From an uncultured Gammaproteobacteria bacterium (GTDB taxonomy: Bacteria > Patescibacteriota > Patescibacteriia > Patescibacteriales > GWC2-42-12): a stretch of 64,000 bases of DNA. The position numbers and the translations under genes are program-made. Below are positions 54,787 to 63,395 of this stretch, piece by piece. The notes under the pieces are model-generated. The model did no database searches. It was not told where the DNA came from and saw only the letters and a list, made by a program, of their open reading frames with translations. Location: the NCBI GenBank assembly GCA_964537265.1, contig CAZHZE010000001.1, positions 91,103 to 155,102 on the forward strand, read 5' to 3'. Each line of letters starts with the position of its first letter. Within the stretch, counting starts at the first letter, position 1.

Positions 54787-55553
54787 TTAGCTGTAAGTAA
54801 TATTAAAAATAAACTTATTGAACCTAACATCAAATACATTTTTACCTTATTAGCGTCTAACTTGTCAAGCAAATAATTTTTTATTAAACCAATAATAACA
54901 TAAAAACAAATTGCTAAGCAAAGACCGGAAATATTGTAATTAAAAGGTAAAAATGAAATTGACCAACACAATTCAACTAAAAGCAAACAACTAATTAAAA
55001 TATAAGGCAAACCACTTTTAAAATCTATTTTATTAACCCAGATAACTTGATAGATAATTAAAATGGATACAGCTAAAAAAATTAAAGCTAAATTTAAAAT
55101 AGGTAAATTCAGAAAAGATTGCAATCCATAAATTACCGACGAGAGCATAAAGAAGCTAAACCAACTTATATAGGAAGAAATATTTTCTATGCTAAAAATT
55201 TCGTAAGCGCTGGGATTTATAAGATAATAATAAATATGGCGTAAATAAAAATACAAAAAAAATAAATTCAAAATAAATAAAAACTGAATAATTAATTTTG
55301 AACTTAAAAAAATTGAGTAGCCTATAATTACGCTAGACATGACGGCTGGTAAAATAAAATAATTCCACCACTGTTTATCAACTTGGCTGGCTGCGCAAAA
55401 CTGCCAAACTGCAAAAAAAATAAATAAATTTATTAAAACAACGGCTATATAAATTAATTTTGGATAGAAAAAATACATTTCTTCTAAAGCAAAAATTAAC
55501 AATGGTATTAATAAAGGCAAAAGGCGATTTAATTTCATATTGAAAATAAACAA
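54777..55553 (-). CDS. hypothetical polytopic membrane protein (about 8 TM)
   Basis: 258 aa, highly hydrophobic. Overlaps the downstream gene by 10 nt. Confidence 0.5.
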   Translation of the reverse strand: MFIFNMKLNRLLPLLIPLLIFALEEMYFFYPKLIYIAVVLINLFIFFAVWQFCAASQVDKQWWNYFILPAVMSSVIIGYSIFLSSKLIIQFLFILNLFFLYFYLRHIYYYLINPSAYEIFSIENISSYISWFSFFMLSSVIYGLQSFLNLPILNLALIFLAVSILIIYQVIWVNKIDFKSGLPYILISCLLLVELCWSISFLPFNYNISGLCLAICFYVIIGLIKNYLLDKLDANKVKMYLMLGSISLFLILLTAKWI

Positions 55554-55557
55554 TAAA

Positions 55558-55971
55558 CTAACTATTTAACCAACTATAATTGGCTTTTAATTGATTAACC
55601 ATTTGCAAACTATCAATTTTTTCCTGCTCATCTTTATTATTCAAATAATTTTCCATTTTAGTTAAAGCTAAAACTAGCTGAATATGCAAATCTTTAAATT
55701 TAGCCGGCACTTTTAACTCTAATAATTTATTTTTTAATTCAGCTAAATTTTCCTGATTAAAACTGCTATTTTTAATTAAAATATCAAAAGAATAAAAAAC
55801 TTCTTTAGCTTTGGGTTTATAATCAGCTTCTAATTGAACTAGATTAGTTTGCTTCGCTTGTTGCTCGGGATTATTTATTTGTTTAACTGACTCTGAAGTA
55901 AGAATTAAATATAAAACAAGAAAAAACAGAATAGATAAAAGAAGAATCAAAATTTTTTCATTTTTTTTCAT
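55558..55971 (-). CDS. hypothetical N-terminally anchored protein
   Basis: 137 aa, one TM, helical remainder. Confidence 0.45.
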   Translation of the reverse strand: MKKNEKILILLLSILFFLVLYLILTSESVKQINNPEQQAKQTNLVQLEADYKPKAKEVFYSFDILIKNSSFNQENLAELKNKLLELKVPAKFKDLHIQLVLALTKMENYLNNKDEQEKIDSLQMVNQLKANYSWLNS

Positions 55972-55998
55972 ATTATTAAAATTATTATTTAAAATAAA

Positions 55999-56328
55999 TT
56001 AAAAATTAAAATTTTTTGCTTCCATTTCTGACCAATCGTTTAAGACCTCATCCCATTTATAAACTTTTAATTTATGAGATTTTTCTTCTTTACTGTAAAT
56101 ATAATCAACCACAGTTTCTGAGCCAATACGATTTGAATATTTTGTTTTTTTATCAAGAATCACTGGCCTAGAAATAAATTCTAATCTCATCCTGCCTAAC
56201 GGCCCGTTAAAAACTATAAACTCCACATCTATACCGCCCTCTTCTTCAACATGCTCATGGCCGTTTTCTTCAACTTCAAAATTATCCTTTATATTTCCAA
56301 CTATTTCCTGCCATTTTTCAGGTAACAT
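55999..56328 (-). CDS. hypothetical acidic cytoplasmic protein
   Basis: 109 aa, immediately downstream of pilT. Confidence 0.45.
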   Translation of the reverse strand: MLPEKWQEIVGNIKDNFEVEENGHEHVEEEGGIDVEFIVFNGPLGRMRLEFISRPVILDKKTKYSNRIGSETVVDYIYSKEEKSHKLKVYKWDEVLNDWSEMEAKNFNF

Positions 56329-56337
56329 AAATTTATA

Positions 56338-57381
56338 TTAATAATAAGATGCTTGAGTTTCTAAATTTCTTTTGCAATTACGCGCCACATCATCGCTAAT
56401 TAAGCCCTGTACCAACAATTCATCAATCGATTTATTCATGGTAATCATACCTTCTTTGCGGCTAATTTGAATTGCTGAATAAATTTGGCCTATTTGACCG
56501 TTTCTGATTAAATTAGCTACTGCGGCATTAATTATTAAAATTTCTCTAGCCACTACCCGCCCACCGCCAATTTTCGGTAATAGTTGCTGAGCGACAACTG
56601 CGCGTAAATTTGAAGCTAATTGATTTAAAATTTGATGCTGTTGATGGGCCGGAAACGCATCTACGATACGACTAATAGTTTCAGCAGCAGTAGAGGTATG
56701 CAGGGTTGAAAAAACTAAGTGGCCTGTTTCAGCTGCCGTTAAAGCTGCGGCTATTGTCTCCTGATCCCTCATTTCTCCTAACATAATAATATTTGGATCC
56801 TGGCGCAAAGCGTACTTTAGAGCCGAGGCATAACTCTCAGTATCACGACCTAATTCACGCTGTTCTATAATGCTTTGTTCTTCGGTAAATAAATATTCAA
56901 TCGGATCTTCTATAGTAATAATATGAGAGCGCCTTTCCTTATTGATAATATTTATCATGCAAGCCAAAGTAGTTGATTTGCCTGAACCTGAAGGACCCGT
57001 AACCAAAATCAACCCATCTTTTAAATGCGTCATTTTGTAAATAACTTCGTCAAAAATTAATTCGTTTGGCTCGGGAACATTTTTGGGCACCAATCTAGCG
57101 GTTAAAGCAATTTTGCCTTCTTGATAATGTAAATTTACCCTAAAACGTGAACCAAAAAATTCCTGGGAAAAATCTAATTCGCGATGCCGCGCAAATTTTT
57201 CCATAGTTTTATTATCTATTAACGAAGCAATCGCCTGTTCTAAATCTTCATTATTAACAATATCATGATTAAGCTTTATTAAATCCCCGCCAATACGTAA
57301 AGCCGGGATGCTGCCGGCAGCCAAATGTAAATCTGAAGCTTTTTTCTCGATGGCTTGTTTGAAATAAGAGGAAATATCCAT
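56338..57381 (-). CDS. pilT: type IV pilus retraction ATPase PilT
   Basis: 347 aa. GPSGSGKSTT, ITIEDPIEY, LRQDPNIIMLGEMRD, GHLVFSTLHT, AHQQHQ. Confidence 0.9.
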   Translation of the reverse strand: MDISSYFKQAIEKKASDLHLAAGSIPALRIGGDLIKLNHDIVNNEDLEQAIASLIDNKTMEKFARHRELDFSQEFFGSRFRVNLHYQEGKIALTARLVPKNVPEPNELIFDEVIYKMTHLKDGLILVTGPSGSGKSTTLACMINIINKERRSHIITIEDPIEYLFTEEQSIIEQRELGRDTESYASALKYALRQDPNIIMLGEMRDQETIAAALTAAETGHLVFSTLHTSTAAETISRIVDAFPAHQQHQILNQLASNLRAVVAQQLLPKIGGGRVVAREILIINAAVANLIRNGQIGQIYSAIQISRKEGMITMNKSIDELLVQGLISDDVARNCKRNLETQASYY

Positions 57382-57413
57382 GAAATGATTATAACATTAA
57401 AAGCTGCTATTTT

Positions 57414-57956
57414 TCAACTCACCCTTAAAGAAAATTCGCAACCGCAATAATTTTGGCGATATAAATTTAATTCTTTCGCCAATGCGGCTGACTTTTTAAA
57501 ACCATCCTGTTTTTTAAAATCTTGGTTTAAAAATTTTATACCATTTTCTTCAGCTATTTGCTGCCCGATTTCATTAATCGCCGTGGCAATTTTATGCGGG
57601 CTGGTAGTTAAAGTGGTAGTTAAATAATTACAATTTAATTTTTTAGCCATGACCGCGGCCGCCTGCAATCTAAACTTATAACAGATTAAACAACGCTCGC
57701 CTTTTTCTAAATCAGCTTCGCGCCCGCGTACTGCTTCTAGCCATTTATCATGTTCGTATTCTCCTTTTATTAATTCTAAATTAAATTGTTTAGCAACTTT
57801 ATTTGCTTCGTCTATTCTTTTTTTATATTCTTCTTCCGGCCAAATATTGGGATTATAAAAAAACAGTATTACTTCGTAATCCTGCTTCAACAACTGGCTA
57901 ACATAAACTCCGCAACCAACACAACAAATATGAAGAAGAAGTTTTGGTTTTACCAT
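57414..57956 (-). CDS. queH: epoxyqueuosine reductase QueH (DUF208)
   Basis: 180 aa. LLLHICCVGCGVY N-terminus and YRQNYCGCEFS C-terminus, characteristic of QueH. Confidence 0.8.
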   Translation of the reverse strand: MVKPKLLLHICCVGCGVYVSQLLKQDYEVILFFYNPNIWPEEEYKKRIDEANKVAKQFNLELIKGEYEHDKWLEAVRGREADLEKGERCLICYKFRLQAAAVMAKKLNCNYLTTTLTTSPHKIATAINEIGQQIAEENGIKFLNQDFKKQDGFKKSAALAKELNLYRQNYCGCEFSLRVS

Positions 57957-57963
57957 AAATTAA

Positions 57964-59172
57964 TTACTTTAGATATTTTTTGCCTTTTAATTTTTCTGGC
58001 AAATATTCCTGTTTTTCTTGATAATTAAAGTTCGGCGAATATTTGTAATCTTTACCATAACCTAAATCTTTCATTAATTTAGTCGGCGCATTTCTAATGT
58101 GCAAAGGCACCGGCAGATTGCCTAATTCGCGCACATCGGCCGCGGCTTGGTTATAAGCCATATAAAGCTCATTAGATTTTTTACATTCAGCTAAGTAAAC
58201 TACAACTTGCGCTAAAATTACGTTACACTCAGGTAAACCTATAAAATGACACGCCTGATAAGCGGCCACGGCTTGTTCCAAAGCGCGCGAATTAGCTAAA
58301 CCGACATCCTCGGAAGCAAAACGCACTAAACGCCGCGCCACATAAAGTGGATCTTCACCGGCCTCGAGCATTCTCGCTAACCAATATAAAGCCGCATCAG
58401 CGTCTGAACCGCGTAAAGACTTATGCAAAGCCGAAATTATATTATAATGTTCTTCACCGTCTTTATCATAAAGTAAATATGATTTTTGAAAAGCTTCTTT
58501 TATAACTTCACTAGAAATATTTTTACTTATAGTGGCGGCATACTCTAAAACATTCAATGCTGTTCGCGCGTCGCCATTAGACATCTGCGCTAATAAATTT
58601 ATAGTCTGATCATTTATTTTTATAGCTAACCCGCCTAATCCTTTAATTTTATCAGCTAAGGCTCTTTTAATAATTTCTATAATCTGCTCGGCGGTTAACT
58701 GTTTTAAAACAAAAACACGGCACCTTGATAATAAAGCTCCACGAACTTCAAAACTGGGATTTTCCGTGGTAGCGCCAATTAAAATAATCGTGCCGCGTTC
58801 AACGTGTGGCAGCAATGCATCTTGTTGTGCCTTATTCCAACGATGAATTTCATCGATGAATAGAATAGTTTTTTTATCTTCAATAGCATTCTCTCTGGCT
58901 TTTTTTATAACTTCTTTTAAATCCTTAACGCCGCTGGTTACCGCACTAAATTGGATAAATTCAGCTTTAGTATTTTTAGCTACAATATGAGCTAATGTGG
59001 TTTTACCTGAACCAGGCGGACCCCAAAAAATCATAGACGGAGCCTTGTCCGCTTCTATGGCTTGTCTTAGCATTTTTCCTTGGCCAATAATCTCGTCTTG
59101 GCCTAAAAATTCCTCTAATATTTGCGGCCTAATTCGATCGGCTAAGGGAGTATTTTTTGTCTCTTTATTCAT
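57964..59172 (-). CDS. rarA: replication-associated recombination protein A (RarA/MgsA AAA+ ATPase)
   Basis: 402 aa. GPPGSGKTTLA, ILFIDEIHRWNK, ALHKSLRGSDADAALYWLARM. Confidence 0.9.
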   Translation of the reverse strand: MNKETKNTPLADRIRPQILEEFLGQDEIIGQGKMLRQAIEADKAPSMIFWGPPGSGKTTLAHIVAKNTKAEFIQFSAVTSGVKDLKEVIKKARENAIEDKKTILFIDEIHRWNKAQQDALLPHVERGTIILIGATTENPSFEVRGALLSRCRVFVLKQLTAEQIIEIIKRALADKIKGLGGLAIKINDQTINLLAQMSNGDARTALNVLEYAATISKNISSEVIKEAFQKSYLLYDKDGEEHYNIISALHKSLRGSDADAALYWLARMLEAGEDPLYVARRLVRFASEDVGLANSRALEQAVAAYQACHFIGLPECNVILAQVVVYLAECKKSNELYMAYNQAAADVRELGNLPVPLHIRNAPTKLMKDLGYGKDYKYSPNFNYQEKQEYLPEKLKGKKYLK

Positions 59173-59208
59173 GCCAGCAGTTTAGCAAAATATAATCAAA
59201 AATTCAAT

Positions 59209-59236
59209 AAAAAAATCCTTCTTAAAAAGAAGGATT
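59209..59236 (-). terminator. rho-independent terminator after uppS
   Basis: AATCCTTCTT / AAGAAGGATT 10-bp stem, followed on the minus strand by T7. Confidence 0.75.
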
Positions 59237-59252
59237 AATTATATAAAAACCC

Positions 59253-59966
59253 TTAATCACCGCCAAACTTTCTCTGTCTTTCTGCATATTCCCTTAAAAC
59301 AACATCTACGTCAGACTCCTCAAAATCCGGCCAATATTTTTTTATAAAAAATAATTCGCTATAAGCCGATTGCCAGGTTAAAAAACCTGATAATCTCTCT
59401 TCGCCTGAAGTGCGCACAATTATGTCCGGGTCAGGCAAATCAGTTTGATACAAATATTTTTTTATCATGCCTTCGTGGACCTGCTCTAATTCAACTTTAT
59501 TTTTTATCATTTTGCGAACAGCATCAACTATTTCGGCTCTACCGCCGTAATTTAAACAAAAATTAATAACACCATGATTATTTGATTTTGTTTCTTGCAT
59601 TATAGCTAAGCATTTAGCTGGCAAGTCGCCAGGCAACTCTTCTATCCGCCCGCTGATTAAAATTTTATAATTTTTCTTTTTAGCGAGTTCGCGCAAATTA
59701 TTTTCTACCGCTTTCTCTAATAATTTCATTAAATAATTCACTTCGGCCGGTTGGCGATTCCAATTCTCCGTGGAAAAAACAAAAAGCGATAAAACTTTAA
59801 CGTTGCGAGAAAAAAACCATTCTGGTACTTTTTTAATTTTTTCGTAACCGATGGCATGGCCTTCGAAAGTAGGCAAATTTCTTTCTTTGGCCCAACGCCT
59901 ATTGCCGTCCATAATAATACCGACATGAACGGGAATATTAGAATTTTTTGATTCTATTTCTGGCAT
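59253..59966 (-). CDS. uppS: undecaprenyl diphosphate synthase
   Basis: 237 aa. HVGIIMDGNRRWA, FSTENWNR, RTSGEERLSGFLTWQSAYSE. Confidence 0.92.
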   Translation of the reverse strand: MPEIESKNSNIPVHVGIIMDGNRRWAKERNLPTFEGHAIGYEKIKKVPEWFFSRNVKVLSLFVFSTENWNRQPAEVNYLMKLLEKAVENNLRELAKKKNYKILISGRIEELPGDLPAKCLAIMQETKSNNHGVINFCLNYGGRAEIVDAVRKMIKNKVELEQVHEGMIKKYLYQTDLPDPDIIVRTSGEERLSGFLTWQSAYSELFFIKKYWPDFEESDVDVVLREYAERQRKFGGD

Positions 59967-59970
59967 ATGT

Positions 59971-60240
59971 TTATTGTTTTATAATTTTTACTAATTTCAA
60001 CCTCTCGCCTGCTCCGCTGATTATTTTAACATTATCGGTTATTATACCAAACTGTTTTGCTAAAAATTTTATTAATTCTTTATTAGCTTTTCCTCTCTCC
60101 GGCGCGGCAGCTAAATTAACCTTAATCGTTTCGTTAGACATTATTTCTTTAATGCAGGTTTTATCGGCATTAGGACGAACTTTAACGCTCAAATAAACTT
60201 CGCTTTTTTCCTGAAAAATTTTTTTAAATTTTCTTATCAT
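59971..60240 (-). CDS. DUF167 (YggU) family protein
   Basis: 89 aa. VKVRPNADKT...LAAAPERGKANKELIKFLAK pattern. The ATG is 1 nt after tRNA-Pro. Confidence 0.7.
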   Translation of the reverse strand: MIRKFKKIFQEKSEVYLSVKVRPNADKTCIKEIMSNETIKVNLAAAPERGKANKELIKFLAKQFGIITDNVKIISGAGERLKLVKIIKQ

Positions 60241-60241
60241 G

Positions 60242-60313
60242 TCGGGGTACCCGGAATTGAACCGGGATTACACGCACCCGAAGCGTGCGTAATAGCCTTT
60301 ATACCATACCCCG
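60242..60313 (-). tRNA. tRNA-Pro (anticodon CGG), no encoded CCA
   Basis: CGGGGTA/TACCCCG acceptor (C1-G72), anticodon loop TTCGGGT, T arm CCCGG-TTCAATT-CCGGG, 4-nt variable loop. Confidence 0.88.
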
Positions 60314-60316
60314 CTG

Positions 60317-60387
60317 TGGACCTAGCCAGAATCGGACTGGCGTCTCGGCAATGCGAATGCCGCGTCATACCACTAGACCATAGGCCC
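60317..60387 (-). tRNA. tRNA-Ala (anticodon CGC), no encoded CCA, unusual T-loop
   Basis: GGGCCTA/TAGGTCC acceptor with G3.U70, anticodon loop TTCGCAT. T arm GCCAG-TCCGATT-CTGGC, with C at position 55. Confidence 0.85.
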
Positions 60388-60393
60388 CGGATT

Positions 60394-61152
60394 TTATTTA
60401 ATTAATTCTATACTGCTTACAATAACATCTTCAGTCGGATGGTCATTCTCATTCACCACAACTTTTTCTATTTTTTCTACCACATCCATACCATCGGTTA
60501 CGTAACCGAAATTAGTATGTTTACCATCTAGCCAAGGAGTTGAACTGGCGGTTACTATAAAAAATTGCGAACCGTTCGTATTTGGCCCAGCGTTAGCCAT
60601 GGCTAAACTGCCTTTAACTAATTTATATTGGTTGATTTCATCTTGGAATTTATAACCTGGGCCGCCAGTTCCGTCATTCGACCAATCGTCATCTTTGCTA
60701 TTAGGATCGCCGCCCTGAATCATAAAATCTTTAATCACTCTATGAAATTTAGTGCTATTATAAAAACCGGCTTTAGCTAAATTCATAAAATTATTTACGG
60801 TAATCGGCGATTCTTCGGCGTAAAACTTTATTGTAATGTCTCCGAAATTTGTTTTTATGACCGCGCTGCTATACTGCGCAGCTAAATTTTCCAGTTGTTT
60901 ACCCTGGTTTGCTTGCTCTTGATTTTGCGTTTGTTCATTTTGCATAGTTGATGATTTACTTGGTTTAATTTTTGGCGTAGCGCCATTTTTTATATCATTC
61001 ATTCTGTCAATTATATCAGCTTCGCTAGAATTATCCATAGATTTAGACATGTTATTTTCATTATAATTATACTGCTTGCTAGAATTCATTGAACAAGCGG
61101 TTAAAATTATTAGTAATGAGGCTAGCACAATTAATTTTTTATAATTTTTCAT
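60394..61152 (-). CDS. cyclophilin-type peptidyl-prolyl isomerase, lipoprotein
   Basis: FHRVIKDFMIQGGDP, GSLAMANAGPNTNGSQFFI. The ATG at 61152 gives MKNYKKLIVLASLLIILTAC|S (lipobox). The track start at 61179 is TTG. Confidence 0.88.
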   Translation of the reverse strand: MKNYKKLIVLASLLIILTACSMNSSKQYNYNENNMSKSMDNSSEADIIDRMNDIKNGATPKIKPSKSSTMQNEQTQNQEQANQGKQLENLAAQYSSAVIKTNFGDITIKFYAEESPITVNNFMNLAKAGFYNSTKFHRVIKDFMIQGGDPNSKDDDWSNDGTGGPGYKFQDEINQYKLVKGSLAMANAGPNTNGSQFFIVTASSTPWLDGKHTNFGYVTDGMDVVEKIEKVVVNENDHPTEDVIVSSIELIK

Positions 61153-61600
61153 ACTTTTGCACTTTGCTATTATTATCAAAATAAAATTTCATTTTTATAA
61201 ATTCACCATTTAAAATATTCGGTAGCCAATATGAGTCATCGTCCCACATTTCATTGTAAGGAATTTCATTAATATTAAACCACTTTAATTTACCCTCTTC
61301 GCTATCGATTATACTGCCATTAAAATCTCGAGTTATATAAACATGGGCTATCTGATTCCATTCCGCTTTATTAATAAAATAAAATTCTAATTCCGCCATT
61401 TTTTTTAAATTTTTTATATCTAGCCCGGTTTCTTCCTTTACTTCTCTAACCGTCGCCTGCTCTAACGTTTCTCCGGGCTCCACCTTGCCTCCTGGCCCGT
61501 TCCATTTACCAACGCCGAAACCTTTACGTTTATATTGCAAAAGTATTTCATCTCTATTATTAATTACATAACACAAATTTACAGCCCTTAAATCTGACAT
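61139..61600 (-). CDS. NUDIX hydrolase (MutT-like)
   Basis: 153 aa. Nudix box GGKVEPGETLEQATVREVKEETGL. Confidence 0.85.
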   Translation of the reverse strand: MSDLRAVNLCYVINNRDEILLQYKRKGFGVGKWNGPGGKVEPGETLEQATVREVKEETGLDIKNLKKMAELEFYFINKAEWNQIAHVYITRDFNGSIIDSEEGKLKWFNINEIPYNEMWDDDSYWLPNILNGEFIKMKFYFDNNSKVQKYEKL

Positions 61601-61609
61601 GGGTTTATT

Positions 61610-63082
61610 TTATTTAACGTAAAACTCTTTTTTTATTTCTTCATCATCTTCCATTTTTTTCTCTTCAATTTTTTCTTTAGCTTGATCGCGCAATTCTTTT
61701 AAATCCATCTCATTTAATTCTAAACTTCGTTTTTCCAAATATTCTTTATTATTTAATTTTTGATCTTCGATTACTTCTGATAATAAAACATCTAAAATAG
61801 CGCCGATTTTTGGGCCTGGTTCTATTTTTAATATTTTCATTAAACCATCGCCATTTATTTTTAACATTTTAACCGAGACTGCATCGAACCTAACTTTTTT
61901 CATCATGTACTCTAAATGGCGCAATTTATATGGTTTGGCTTTGGGCACGCCCGAACCTAAACGATCGGCAATGCGCAAATCAATTAAATCAGCTAAATTT
62001 TCTTCACCAACTTTTCGAATTAAGCGACGTACTGAACTTTCCGTTACTTCGCCTACATTATAATAAAACATATGATTTTTAACTAAAGTCGTAACTTTTT
62101 CAATATCCGCGTTAGAGAATTTTAACCTCTGCATTATTTTATTAGTAACTTTTGCTCCCACTATATCATGATTATAAAAAGTGGCGTCACCTTTTATAAT
62201 TCTTTTGGTCTGCGGCTTAGCTATATCATGAAGTAACGAAGCCAGCCTAACTTGCCACTTTTTATTTGGCGTATGCTTTAATGATAAAACACTATGTTTA
62301 AAAACCGTATAAATATGATGTCTGTTTTGATCCATACCTACGCCGCGCTCTAATTCTGGAAGAATATACTGAAGCAATTTATATTCATGAAGCCTCATTA
62401 TTCCTTCATAAGCCTGCTCGGATTCCAAAATTTTTATAATTTCATCACGTAATCTTTCGCCGGAAATAAATTTAATACCACCAGCCATTTTAATAATTGC
62501 CCGTTCGGTTTTAGGCTCGATAGAAAATTTAAGCTGACAGGCGAATCTAACGGCACGCATCATTCGTAAAGCGTCTTCTTTAAATCTATCTTCCGGTTCT
62601 CCGACGGCGCGAATAATATGTTTTTGTAAATCTTTTTGCCCGCCAAACAGATCAACTATTTCAAAATCTACATTTTCAACTTTTGACTTTTTACTTTTAA
62701 CTTTTAACTTAATGGCCATGGCGTTAATAGTAAAATCTCTGCGGCTTAAATCTTTTTCTAAACTATCTTCAAAAGTAATTTTATCAGGATGGCGACGGTC
62801 GCTATAACCTTGCTCACTGCGATAAGTAGTTACTTCTACAACATCCTCGGTTTCGCCATTTTTAGATTTAATCGGCACTAAAACCGTGCCAAAAATATTT
62901 TCATATTTACCATCAGAAAATACTTTCAACATATCTTCCGGTCGCGCATTAGTAGTTACATCCCAATCTTTCGGCGTTTTACCCAATAACAAATCACGCA
63001 CGCAACCGCCAACAACAAAAGCTTCGAAACCTGCTTGTTCTAATTTTTCAACAATATTTTTTACGTATTCAGGAATTTTCAT
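61610..63082 (-). CDS. cca: CCA-adding enzyme (tRNA nucleotidyltransferase) with HD domain
   Basis: 490 aa. GGCVRDLLLGKTPKDWDVTT, RDFTINAMA, HDIAKP HD motif. Confidence 0.88.
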   Translation of the reverse strand: MKIPEYVKNIVEKLEQAGFEAFVVGGCVRDLLLGKTPKDWDVTTNARPEDMLKVFSDGKYENIFGTVLVPIKSKNGETEDVVEVTTYRSEQGYSDRRHPDKITFEDSLEKDLSRRDFTINAMAIKLKVKSKKSKVENVDFEIVDLFGGQKDLQKHIIRAVGEPEDRFKEDALRMMRAVRFACQLKFSIEPKTERAIIKMAGGIKFISGERLRDEIIKILESEQAYEGIMRLHEYKLLQYILPELERGVGMDQNRHHIYTVFKHSVLSLKHTPNKKWQVRLASLLHDIAKPQTKRIIKGDATFYNHDIVGAKVTNKIMQRLKFSNADIEKVTTLVKNHMFYYNVGEVTESSVRRLIRKVGEENLADLIDLRIADRLGSGVPKAKPYKLRHLEYMMKKVRFDAVSVKMLKINGDGLMKILKIEPGPKIGAILDVLLSEVIEDQKLNNKEYLEKRSLELNEMDLKELRDQAKEKIEEKKMEDDEEIKKEFYVK

Positions 63083-63122
63083 AACAAAAATAACACTTAA
63101 TTTAGCGTTATATTACAGTTAA

Positions 63123-63151
63123 AATATATAATAAATAATTAGTTATGTCAA
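63123..63151 (-). promoter_or_regulatory. cca promoter (TTGACA-17 nt-TATATT)
   Basis: Minus-strand TTGACA at 63151-63146, 17-nt spacer, TATATT at 63128-63123. Lies between the sRNA terminator and the cca ATG. Confidence 0.45.
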
Positions 63152-63157
63152 AATTAA

Positions 63158-63195
63158 CAAAAAACAAATAACCCCGACAAAACAGGGTTATTTTT
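63158..63195 (-). terminator. rho-independent terminator of the sRNA candidate
   Basis: AATAACCC / GGGTTATT 8-bp stem. On the minus strand it is followed by TGTTTTTT. Confidence 0.65.
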
Positions 63196-63391
63196 GATAA
63201 ATTAACATATATCAATTATTTAAACTTGGCGAAGAGTAGTAGTCATATTTTTAGCTAACTCGTCCCAGGGAATAACATTTTATAATTTTCAAATTTTTAT
63301 TTAAACTATCTGCTAGGGACGGCAGTAGTTAAATCATATATTATTCCCAAGCATTAAGGAGAGCTGCTAAAAATATTTTCTTACTCTCCGG
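63160..63391 (-). ncRNA. candidate stand-alone structured sRNA (about 230 nt, rod-like, 6S-like architecture)
   Basis: Nested helices in + coordinates: 63230-63238/63382-63390 (9 bp, including one pair that is G.U only on the minus strand), 63245-63255/63366-63376 (11 bp perfect), 63259-63265/63358-63363, 63268-63275/63341-63348 (8 bp), apical 63310-63313/63322-63325. Own promoter and terminator. Confidence 0.45.
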
Positions 63392-63395
63392 CCAT

